A DNA stretch of 64,000 nucleotides. It comes from Octopus sinensis (Eukaryota). The stretch is taken from the NCBI RefSeq assembly GCF_006345805.1, contig NC_043001.1, positions 13,950,001 to 14,014,000 of the forward strand, in the 5' to 3' direction. A program made the position numbers and the translations under genes. The first letter of the stretch is position 1. The number at the start of each line of letters is the position of its first letter. This document shows, piece after piece, positions 1-10,112 of the stretch. Below the pieces are notes generated by a model. That model did no database searches and was not told where the DNA came from. It worked only from the letters and a program-made list of their open reading frames with translations.

Positions 1-13
1 CTTGTTTGTTGTT

Positions 14-60
14 AACACAACGTTTCGGCTGATATACCCGCTAGCCTTCTTCAGGTGTCT
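14..60 (-). ncRNA. Minimal type I hammerhead ribozyme motif (minus arm)
   Basis: Reverse complement reads AGACAC-CTGAAGA-AGGCT..AGCC-GAAA-CG-TT-GTGTT: core, 4-bp stem II, palindromic AACGTT helix III, stem I GACAC/GTGTT. Confidence 0.65.
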
Positions 61-137
61 TGGAGAAATTTCGAACCTGGGTCCTCATTCCTAAGGCATT
101 TTTCGATGAATGAGAACCAAGGTTCGAATTTTCCCCT

Positions 138-184
138 AGACACCTGAAGAAGGCTGGAGGGTATATCAGCCGAAACGTTGTGTT
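138..184 (+). ncRNA. Minimal type I hammerhead ribozyme motif (plus arm)
   Basis: AGACAC(138-143) CTGAAGA(144-150) A GGCTG-10 nt loop-CAGCC GAAA(172-175) CG TT GTGTT(180-184). Confidence 0.7.
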
Positions 185-273
185 AACAACAAACAAGATG
201 AGGACAAATATCCGTCGAATGTAAATAATGTACATAATTCCTCATCTCTTAAATATAGAACTGTAAAACATTT

Positions 274-318
274 TCTGTTCTGATGAAGAGAAATAACCCG
301 GAAATTGCGATACACAGA
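274..318 (+). ncRNA. Degenerate hammerhead-like motif
   Basis: TCTGTT CTGATGA(280-286) AGAG-AAATAA-CCCG GAAA T-TGCG-A TA CACAGA; stems I and II contain mismatches. Confidence 0.35.
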
Positions 319-672
319 TATTGTTTTGAGCTGAATTGGGGCGCTAGATTCCCTTGTTCGAAAATATAAGGACACAGATTGTGTCGTATAGCCAGCTGGA
401 GACAATGTCCCCTGGGGCTAAATTACAGCAACATTCGTCCTAAACTAGGACTGCCATGTTATGTTGGCAAACAATCTTTACTGCAAAACATTTTCTGCCA
501 ATGAATACCTTTCAAAATATACTCAGCCTAGTTTTTTGAATCCTGAAATTTTTCGATTTTAACCCATTGAGTTTAACATATCAGACTAACCATTTTTCAT
601 AAAGTGAACAAATTCGATCAAAATTCGATCGTTATTTAGGTCTTTGACTATCAGTTGAACACTCCATTTTTA

Positions 673-674
<2 letters not shown>

Positions 675-718
<44 letters not shown>
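675..718. repeat. (TTA)n microsatellite
   Basis: Direct reading. Confidence 0.95.
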
Positions 719-759
719 TGCTTGTTTGTAAAGAAACTGTTCTTCACCTTTTGTTTCTG

Positions 760-1920
760 GCTCAAAGAGTTTGTCTGACTCAAAGGCGAGTATCCTCATA
801 ACATCGCCTTTTCAATTTTGTTTTGTCACTTTCCGGCCCATAAATCAATTACCAACTCTCCAGTCGTTGCAACACCATTTCAGACAAATTGCTTTGTTGT
901 TTTTTTATTTTGGTTTTTCGTTTTGTTTCTCCGGATTGAATATATTCGAGCAGTCGTTTATGATCTGTGAAAATCGTAGACGTCTTTCCAAATAAATATT
1001 TTGTCAGAAAATGTGACAGCGTTAGATAAGGCTTTCTTTTCTATTCTAGAATATATTTTCTCATCTTTTGTCCAAAGTTTTGGTATAAATAAAATAGTTT
1101 CAAATCCATTTTCCAATCTGTGACTAAGAACTACCCCGCGTCCAGCTTCATGCATTACTTGTAATAAACACTGGCAATATTTTATCAAAATCAGCTGAAA
1201 TAATTTTCTCAGTCAATATTTGGGATGTTTTCGGTTTGAACGGCAGTTTTTCCTAGCGGTGTCATATGAAATTGTCACCCATAATTATGACCCTAGAATC
1301 GATCTATTGCATTTCAATCTGTTTTAGGGTTAGTTAAGGGTGGGGGAAGGGTATCTTTTTTTTCTTCACAAATGTAAATAAACTCAATCTGTTTCTTAAA
1401 CGAGGGACATATTCATACGGCACAGAATGTTTTTTACCACAACAGACGTCATTGATTGGTTGAAATTGAAGAAATTGAAGAAAACAAAACAACAAATATC
1501 TTACAAACTATAGCATTTTCTCAATAAAGCCAAGAGAAAAAGATGCTTTATAAACACATTCTACCAGTATACGAAGTTAAAATTTTTTTAGTTACCTAGA
1601 AATTATGTTAAAAACTGCCGTTCAAACCGAAAAGATCCAATATTTGCCTCGATCATTTGAAAGTGTTGTTGCATTCAACTGACCAGTTAAATTTCGCTTC
1701 TGCTTTCCCAGAATACTTTTATGCGCCACAAATTGTTGGCATTTCTTCCAAACAAAATATTTGCAAAGAAATTGATTTTCGTCTCTAAAATATTTTTGAT
1801 TCTTCAAAAATTCCTCGAATCATTTTCATTCGGATTTTACACCAGAAGAATGCTGTCCAACATGGCATCAGGTTTGAAAAGATATAACACTTAAGGAGCT
1901 ATATTTCATGAAAGCAACTT
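760..1920 (-). pseudogene. Decayed Ty3/Gypsy pol remnant (RT connection plus RNase H), interrupted by a MITE
   Basis: Minus-strand translations across frameshifts: HVGQHSSGVKSE, KAEAKFNWSVECNNTFK, QILTEKIISADFDKILPVFITSNA, GRGVVLSH, YSRIEKKAL, DHKRLL. These follow Gypsy motif order (YLG, KWNW..C..AF, ASDAS, GAVL, YSQIEKEAL, DHKPL). Confidence 0.6.
1223..1638. mobile_element. Non-autonomous DNA transposon (MITE), 416 bp
   Basis: 29-bp TIRs GGAT(G/C)TTTTCGGTTTGAACGGCAGTTTTT; 8-bp TSD AATATTTG at 1215-1222 and 1639-1646. Confidence 0.85.
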
Positions 1921-1978
1921 AATAACATGTGCATTCAGAAAAAAATGCTAACCTGTGTGTTAGCTATGATTCTGCCAT

Positions 1979-2040
1979 AAGGCGGCGAGCTGGCAGAAAC
2001 GTGAACACGCCGGGCGAAATGCGTAGCCGTATTTCGTCTG
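1979..2040 (+). mobile_element. SINE family 1 (tRNA-like head, Nin/Deu-like core), 5' part of a copy split by the Tx1 LINE
   Basis: GGCGGCGAGCTGGCAGAAACG head; continues at 7366; outer TSD TATGATTCTG(C/T)CAT at 1965-1978 and 7550-7563. Confidence 0.85.
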
Positions 2041-2207
2041 TCGCACATGTGTTCGTGAAGTACGAATTGCTGTTTCGTGGTGTTAATATTGTTAACAACT
2101 GTTGTTTCTTGTTAAACTGTTGAATAACTTAACTGTTGGAGTTTTCAATTGAAAACACTTAGTGCTTGTGGTAGCACGCGTTGTTCATTCCCCCTTTGGG
2201 GGGAAGA

Positions 2208-3359
2208 ATGTCGTCTAGCATGGAGCCTACCGTTGGAGCAGAAATACTTGTTTCTCCTGTTGAGAGGAGGAAATACATGTCCGGCGAGGAGCCAACTACA
2301 GACAAGGAAATAGGGGTTTCCCCCGCTACAAGAAGGAATAGCAGAGAGGATAATATATTTGATATTTTTGGAGATGTGTCTGAGAGCTCGTCAGAACTTT
2401 CACCAGAAGAGTTTCCGACTTTGCCAGAGAACAAAGGCATTGTGTCGAAGAGAATAATTGATGTGCCTAGCATCCAGATAGAACCAAAAAATGGAAAAAA
2501 AAGTTTTGCGTTGGCTGCTGGGGGTGGAACCCAGATACTGTCGACGAATAAAAGCGAAATTATGAAATACAGCAAAATGATGGAAATAACTGACAACGGT
2601 GTGAAAATTGAACCTCCGCAAAAGTTAATACAGGAAGAAAAGCAAAAAACAATAATTTTCAAAACATATTGTCTACAAAAACGAAAAATTGAAAGAATGT
2701 CAGAAGAGAAAATAGAAAAGTGCTTAAAGCCAATATTGGGCGACGTAGTATTTCTGAGAAGAGGAAAAAAATTCGGAACGGTGGAAGTAAGGTTCACCAA
2801 TAAAGAAATAGCACACAAGAACTCAGTTGAAACGTTGAAAACGAACGACGTGGAGTTAATCCCCTATTATATGGGGATGAGGACGTCGCGAATAAAAATT
2901 ACAAGGGTCCCGCCAGAGGTCGAACCTATGTGGTTGTTGGCGGCAGTCCTAATCAAAGAGGTAGAAAAAATTACTCTCCTCCAGGCTACCGCTACGGAAA
3001 ACCCACGCTGGGATGGTCAAACAATTAATCTTCTCATTCAAGCGGACCCTAAAATAATTCAAACAATTCCTGAGACAATTGAGGTAGGGGAGGAGAACCT
3101 CGTGGTGTTTGTTGAGGGCCGAAAACCTCGATGTTTTTTATGTGGTCAATTAGGCCACATTCGAAGGAACTGCAAGGAAAATGAAGAAGAAGAGGAAGAG
3201 GAGCAAAAAGACAAAGAGGAAGAAGATAAAGAAGAAACAGATGAGAAAAAACAACAAACAAAAGAAAAATACAACCAGCAACCCAGCCGAGAGCGGCGAC
3301 TACTACAGAACAACGACCAAAAAAGACTGCCAGAAGAGAAAAAGAAGAAAAAGGCATAA
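2208..3359 (+). CDS. Tx1-like ORF1 (gag-like nucleic-acid-binding protein); probably continues to 3731 through frameshifts in A runs
   Basis: ATG at 2208; RRM-like FGTVEVRF segment; zinc knuckle CFLCGQLGHIRRNC; acidic/basic low-complexity tail. Confidence 0.8.
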   Translation: MSSSMEPTVGAEILVSPVERRKYMSGEEPTTDKEIGVSPATRRNSREDNIFDIFGDVSESSSELSPEEFPTLPENKGIVSKRIIDVPSIQIEPKNGKKSFALAAGGGTQILSTNKSEIMKYSKMMEITDNGVKIEPPQKLIQEEKQKTIIFKTYCLQKRKIERMSEEKIEKCLKPILGDVVFLRRGKKFGTVEVRFTNKEIAHKNSVETLKTNDVELIPYYMGMRTSRIKITRVPPEVEPMWLLAAVLIKEVEKITLLQATATENPRWDGQTINLLIQADPKIIQTIPETIEVGEENLVVFVEGRKPRCFLCGQLGHIRRNCKENEEEEEEEQKDKEEEDKEETDEKKQQTKEKYNQQPSRERRLLQNNDQKRLPEEKKKKKA

Positions 3360-3746
3360 TAGCCGTATACACTAAAGATACTGAGCTCATGAGAGACATT
3401 CAACTCATAAAGACTGTAAAAAATTGATAACCTTTCAGAGGAATTTATCAATTACGACATATATGAAGTCTCAAATAAGACTTATAGAATTCTACAAAAT
3501 AAGTACAGAAAGACTGTATCTTCATTGAGATTAGATTTTAACAAGTCGATATTTCATGGATTACCAGCTCCGATCCCGCGAGAAAAGGAAAAGGTGGAGA
3601 TTCCCCCTCCACCTGATAATTCTGTGTCGGTGGTGAGACGGGATTTTGACAAATCTATTTCCCAAGACCGTCCACCTCCGACCCTGGATCAAAAAAAAGG
3701 TGGAGGGTCCCCCGCCACCGGACAATCCTAATTAAACAGGTAAGTG

Positions 3747-6700
3747 ATGGCTATTCACATTGGTTGTTTAAATGTTCATGGCCTGTTGTCAAGCTGGAAG
3801 CAAGGACGCTTTCTGAATGACATCAGGTCGAGAAATTTGGATGTAATTGTTGCAACGGAAACCCGGGTGAAGGGCAAGAGATCTGCTCCCCCTCCTGAAC
3901 GGCTACGAGAAATACGTTTCTCCGAGTCGGGCGGGAGGTGGGGGTGGGTGTTGGTCCTACTAAAAAGAAACCGGGTAGCCGAGAAAAAGTTGGTTTTTTC
4001 TGACCCAGAAGGCAGGCTGGTCGTTCTCGACTTGACATTCAGTTGTGGCAAGACAATCAGGCTGGTCGCTATTTACGCACCAAACATTATTGGCCCGCAA
4101 ACTGAATATTTTCGTGGCCTAGGAAAGTTCCTAGCCACGTCGCATTCACTAGTAGTGTTAGGAGACTCTAATACAATATGTGCAGCACACACAGATTGTG
4201 TTGGCTGAAACTCGAACATGAACAGAAAATGTAACCAGGCTTTCGGGATCTGCTAAGTCAATTTCAGCTAGCAGATCCATATAGGTTGGAGCACCCGAAC
4301 ACTCCACAGTGGACGTGGTCAAATAGTGACGGGTCTACCAGAACATATCTAGATAGGATTTTAATTAGAGAAAAAGATAAGTCCATAGTTGAGTGTCCAC
4401 AGTTTTTTCTAGTCAGCTACAGTGACCACAAGATGGTTACCTGTAAACTGACGGTAGATAAGTTGCATAGACAGGGATCTGGCTACTGGAAACTCAATAC
4501 GTCCCTTTTGGCGATTGAGGAGTACAGAAAGCGGATCAAGATGTTAATACAGAGGGCATTAACAGTACCATCATTAATAACAAATGGTGGTACGCCCTAA
4601 AAAGAGCCATCAAATATGAGTCTATTAGGTTTAGCATAAGTTTAGCTAAGAAGGGACGTAAAATAGGAGATGGTCTAGTTAAGGAACTAGAAGAAGCCTG
4701 GAGGACTGGTAATACAGACCAAGCGAGGGTGAAAAGACTGGAGTTAAACCAGCATCTTGAAGCCCACCACATGGGAAGTATTACCAGAGCTAAGTTACGT
4801 GCAATGGGAAGTGAAGGAATCAAAGCCGCTGGATGGGCCCGAGTGGTGGAAGCTCGGCAAGGAAATAGCTCCTCTATTCGGTCTTTGACGAATCAAAATG
4901 GTGTCTTGATAAACGAACCCGAGAAAATGTGTGAGGTCTTTCGGGAGTACTTCGCCCAGCTATTCGGGGGTGACGGCGGTCCTGGTGGTGGGAGAGCCCT
5001 CGAGGACTTTCTTACCGGGCTGCCGTGCCTCTCAGGGTCGGATGCGGAGTCTTGCGAATGGCCAATCACACCTGAGGAGGTGATGGAGGCGTTGGCCGTG
5101 TGTAAAGCGGGTAAGTCACCGGGACTTGATGGTCTTCCGTACGAGCTGTATAAATGTATGCCAGACTTGTTCGGGCAACTACTGACTGACGTGTACGCGA
5201 ACTGGAAACAGAATGGGTTTATCCCCAGATCTGTGCGCCGGGGGTAGTGACGTTGGTCAGAAAGGACCCGGACAAGGGGGACGTTCTAGAGAATTTCAGG
5301 CCATCACTCTGTTAAACGCAGAAGTGAAGATTTTGGCCAAGGTTCTAGCAAAAAGGTTGGCGCGTGTCGCGAATGGTATAGTTGGTGAGGCACAGACATG
5401 TGCCATCCCAGGCAGAACCATTCAGGATACCCTCCATCTTATTCGCTATACCATAGAGAGGTTTGGTAATAAATCTGGCAAAGGTGGGGCATTGGTGCAT
5501 TTGGACCAGTCTAAAGCTTTTGATAGGGTTGACCATCGATACCTAGCGACTGTACTTGCGCGGTTTGGCCTGGGCCTTGGCTTCCTCAGGTGGTTTATCG
5601 CTTTGTACCACAACATTGACTCGATAGTTCGGAGCCGTTCTGCATCAGACGCTCGGTTCGTCAAGGATGTCCGCTTTCACCACTTTTGTATGTGATGGCT
5701 CTCGAGCCATTACTGCAAAGGTTGAGTGGCATCCCGAGAGAACCAGGACTAGAGGAGTTTGTTACGGCTTTCGCGGATGATATCACTATCAGTGTAACCA
5801 CAGTGGCACGCCTACGTGAAGTAGGTAAGACTATTGAGGCTTACGAGGAGGTAGCAGGAGCAAAGATTAACCGGGAAAAGTCGGTCGGCTTGCAGCTCGG
5901 CACCTGGGTTGGCAAGTCGATGCCTTCAGACAGTGTTGTTAGGCGCTGGACGGAGGGACCGGTTAAGTTGCTGGGAGTCTGGTTTGGACCAGGCCTCCAG
6001 ATAGAGAAGAACTGGACGGAGGTATTGAGCAGGGTGGCTGCAGTAGTCAAGACCTGGTCTTGGCGGTGGCTATCCCTGAAAGAGAGGGCGGAGGTGGCCA
6101 ATGTGTTTATCGCATCGGTCATTACCTACCGCCTGACCGTCGTGCCCTGTCCGGATTCGTGGTTGATCAGGTTGGAGAGACAGCTCTTTCGCTTTTTGTG
6201 GAAGGGCAGGTCGCCACTTGTGAAACGCTCTGTCTGCTGTCAAAAGCCTTTAAATGGAGGTTTAGGGATGCCTTGGTTAATGATGCGCAGACATGCGTTG
6301 CGGTTGAGGCACCTCTGGATTCTCCTGGATAGTGAACGGGTGTGGTCTCCGCTGGCCAGACAAATGTTCCCTGAGTTCAAGAGTTTTTGCGAACAGGAAG
6401 CCTGGTGTTCTCGTAGACCGAGGTCGAGTGAGTGGCATAAAGAGTGCCGTAAGGCCCTCTTGCTGTTCCGGCGCTCGGGCAACGCCAGCGGTGGGGGTTC
6501 CACACGGATTTTATATAGTGGGTTGGTAGAGTCTGAATGCGACGATGGCCTGGGGTCGACTCTAGGTCTCGGATTTATTCAACTGGACAGCTTGTTTCAT
6601 CGTACATTCGGGTTGAGAACGTTGGACAACTTCCAAAAGTCCTTAACCTGGCAATGCTGCAGAGGTGCCTTGCCGGTTTGGGATAAGCTCGCAAGACATG

Positions 6701-7115
6701 GTAAACGTCAGTCGCCGACCTGTCCAAGATGCGAGGGGGACAGGGAAACCGTCCCTCACGCTATTGTTCAGTGTCCGGAGATAACTGAAATGTGGGCTTA
6801 TGCTGAACATCTGTTGTCCGGCGAAGGAAGAGTACGGCTGTCGACTGAGTCAATTATAAAAATTGACCCACCGGGAGTTCTAACGAACGAAGGTAAGAAT
6901 TGTTTTCTCACTGTTGTAGCAATAGCAAAAGAGGCTGTATGGAATACTAGGATAAAAGGAATTAAGACTTTATCTCTGGTGACAATTTACGATCCTTTTT
7001 TTCTTTTCATTTGAAAAGGAAACTGTGGCTGGAGAAGAGGTGTCTGTCAGAGTGTACGTTCCAAAAGAGATGGAAGTATGTTGCACGAGTGTTTTGCGTG
7101 CAAGGAACCGTGTGA
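3747..7115 (+). pseudogene. Tx1-like ORF2 (APE endonuclease - RT - CCHC), frameshifted
   Basis: IGCLNVHGL, ATETRV, AIYAPN, LGDSN, LDRILI, SDH; KSPGLDG, ITLLNAEVKILAK, LDQSKAFDRVDH, RQGCPLSP (shifted frame), FADDI, LLGV; CPRCEGDRETVPHAIVQC; likely stop TGA 7113-7115. Confidence 0.9.
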
Positions 7116-7365
7116 ATAGACGAGGGAAAAAAAAAAAAAGAGGAAAAATAAAAAGGTATCAGCGGTAGATCGGGGCTTGTGGGATTGGAGCGTAACTTGA
7201 TCATCGCTTCATTTGTATTGTTTTTGTACTGTGTATTCCATTCGATTTTTATGTATTGTATTTTATTTTTGATGTCACATTTATGTAAAATCATATCGAT
7301 TCACTGATCCCATCAGTTGTACTGTCCATATCTATGTTTGGCCCCCGGTGGGCAATAAAGAAATT

Positions 7366-7549
7366 CGTATTTCGTCTGCCGTTACGTTCTGGGTTCAAAT
7401 TCCGCCGAGGTCGATTTAGCCTTTCATCCTTTCAGGATCGATAAATTATGTACCAGTTACGCACTGGGGTCGATATAATCGACTTAATACCTATGTCTGT
7501 CCTTGTTTGTTCCCTCTGTGTTTAGCCCCTTGTGGGTAGTAAAGAAATA
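7366..7549 (+). mobile_element. SINE family 1, 3' part of the split copy (tail A)
   Basis: B-box GGTTCAAATTCC, core GCCTTTCATCCTTTC..GATCGATAAATTATGTACCAG, tail GCCCCTTGTGGGTAGTAAAGAAAT. Confidence 0.85.
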
Positions 7550-7949
7550 TATGATTCTGTCATGTCTTTATATATTGTGGTTATCAATCTGTAATACATT
7601 CGCTTGCTATGAAAAAAAATATTTTCCACCACTTAAAGCTTAGCCAAGTCTTTCGTCTCCCTTTCCGTAGTTATCTGCATTTGCTCTCTGAATGAGTTCG
7701 ATCACATTTTACTTCATAAAATTTGTTCCAAAAACATTATTTCTGGGAAATGTTTCAGCGACCATCACTCTCCTTTCGTCATAAATTCCAATGCCAATAA
7801 TTATCTATCCTAAGTATTTCACAACAATTTTTTTTTAAATTCACATTTTTTCCATGTGTAATTGTAGTCAAAATTCTCTCTTCTCTGAAACTACTGACAA
7901 ATATTTCATCTGCTCTTGACTCTTTCACCTCGCCACTAATATATTTATT

Positions 7950-8180
7950 TCTTTACTACCCACAAGGGGCTAAACATAGAGAGGACAAACAAGGACAGAC
8001 AAAGGGATTAAGTCGATTATATCGACTACAGTGCATAACTGGTACTTATTTAATCGACCCCGAAAGGATGAAAGGCAAAGTCGACCTCGGCGGAATTTGA
8101 AATCAGAACGTAGCGACAGACGAAATATTGCTTAGCATTTCGCCCGGCGTGCTAACGATTCTACCAGCTCGCCGCCACTA
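7950..8180 (-). mobile_element. SINE family 1 (tail A)
   Basis: Full head-core-tail; flanking duplication CGCCACTAATATATTT. Confidence 0.85.
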
Positions 8181-8695
8181 ATATATTTTGAACTAATCTA
8201 CAATCGTATTGAATCCACTTGTCAGCTTAACATTTATGTTAATATGCTAGAGATAGTGATACATAAAATGGAAAATTTTCATATGGAAAAATAATTTTGG
8301 AATATTTACCAATATTTGCTTTCATGAAATTTTCATTCTCTTCATTGCAAAATCTAAAGAAATATTAGAAAGTATCTGTGACATCATAAATCTTTCTTTA
8401 ACTTGAAGGTTTATTATAAACCAGTTTATAACGAATGCAATAATGGAGTACAGCACAATATGTTAACTCATACATAATTTTTTATAATTGGAACGATCGT
8501 ATGACAAACTGTCTCCACCAACATATTTCATTACTTTTCCTTAAATTAAAGTCAATGAAATCAACGATGAAATGAAAATGTAAAAGTTATGTTTCTAATA
8601 AATTGTCTTACATATTTCATATGTAAATTTCTGTTCGCTGAATCCGATGTAACAACTGCTGTTTGCCCAGAATATATTTCATCTTTAATTTCTTA

Positions 8696-8925
8696 GGCGG
8701 CGAGTTGGTAGAATCGTTAGCACACCGGGCGAAATGCGCGGCCGTATTTCGTCTGCCGCTACGTTCTGGGTTCAAATTCCGCCGAGGTCGACTTTGCCTT
8801 TCATCCTTTCGGGTTCGATAAATTAAGTACCAGTTACGCACTGGGGTCGATGTAATCGACTTAATCCGTTTGTCTGTCCTTGTTTGTCCCCTCTATGTTT
8901 AGCCCCTTGTGGGCAATAAAGAAAT
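8696..8925 (+). mobile_element. SINE family 1 (tail A)
   Basis: 24-bp TSD ATATATTTCATCTTTAATTTCTTA at 8672-8695 and 8926-8949. Confidence 0.9.
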
Positions 8926-10112
8926 ATATATTTCATCTTTAATTTCTTACCAGTTCAGAATTCATATGAAGTTATAAAAAGCAAATGCAGTTTTGAGAAC
9001 ATTTTGTACAATTTCCAAGGAGTTGTGATATAATCTCTGCATTTATTGTGGTCCTTCTATGAAAGCTGTGGGCACGGCTGTTACTTTTTACCAATATTCA
9101 CTATATAAGAGTCCATGGAATCCTAAATTGCTTCGTAATATATATCTCTATCGTTTTGTTTATTAGAAACTACGCACTAGAATCTAGCTTCCTCAATTTC
9201 AGAATACGTATCGTAATTAATATTCTTGAGCTAAATGACTTCACAATTGGAGATAATTAAAATAATTTGAAAGCATTATCAGCCTCTATTTGTAGTAATT
9301 AACTTCTATAATTTATTGAGATTTTTCCCCCCGCAACATCAGATGACAAATTAACTGGTATCTTTCCCCAAATGGAAATAGTAATTAAAATTGTAGCAGT
9401 TCATAAAATGGTTAAACAGAAGGGATTATTTGAAGTAAAGGTTCCCTTGCAACGCCTCTTTTACACAGCCTAATTAGTCGTTCCAAGTGTTGGGTTTCCA
9501 AATTAGTACATGGCATAATTACTGCAAATTACTCGCAAGTAGACTGTTTACATGTTTGGATACCAAATCTAAAAACCTGTTTGTCAGCAGCATCCATTGG
9601 AAATTAATTGAGCATTAAGAGAATCTAAGTTTTATTTACTATTATCTTGAAATAAAGCAGCGAATCAAATTCACTATCTCTTAGCCTCATTGTCTGATGA
9701 TGCCCCAGGATATCTCTGTCGATTGTGTTGTGTATTCGCATCGTCCAATTCATTTGTTTCAGCAAACCCTGTTTATAATTTTAAGGAGTAAATTCATTTG
9801 GAAGCTAATTGATTGAAGAACTGGCCATGCATTTTATGCATGTACACACAGATTTTACTTAAACTATTCGTTTTACTGTTTATCAAATCTGTTATAAACC
9901 GTAATGTTAGATCTAAGACCGACATCTTTTACATTAGTTAAAAGTTCTTTCCACGCTGAAGATGGAACAGGAATTGATGATGGTGCCACCTGTACCTTAT
10001 CATAGCATCAACTCAATTTATGACTTTTGTAATTATTTGAAATTCTTTCTCACATTCATAATTTTCTTACAATTTACAACTGCTTATAGCATATGTTTTT
10101 GTTTGTTATATA

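Larger units (their letters stand above)
1..263. mobile_element. Palindromic Penelope-like-element (PLE)-derived fold-back element, truncated by window start
   Basis: Arms 1-90 and 108-197 are reverse complements with a 17-nt loop; the same family occurs at 43255-43660; each arm carries a hammerhead motif. Confidence 0.7.
2041..7365 (+). mobile_element. Near full-length Tx1/L1-clade non-LTR retrotransposon, about 5.3 kb
   Basis: ORF1 with CCHC knuckle; ORF2 with APE, RT and C-terminal CCHC; 13-bp TSD CGTATTTCGTCTG at 2028-2040 and 7366-7378. Confidence 0.9.
7600..9350 (-). pseudogene. Highly decayed non-LTR RT remnant, RTE-like, with two SINEs inserted
   Basis: Scattered minus-strand motifs in RT order: SINYRS, AFIE, IYSGQTAVVT..KYVRQ, NISGEVKESRADEIFV, VKYLG; many stops. 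Confidence 0.35.

Noticed and set aside
1323-1342. TTAGGGTTAG telomere-like sequence
   Set aside because: Fewer than two repeats and lies inside the MITE
2159-2818. 219-aa minus-strand ORF and other antisense ORFs over LINE coding regions
   Set aside because: Shadow ORFs of the plus-strand retrotransposon frames; no motifs
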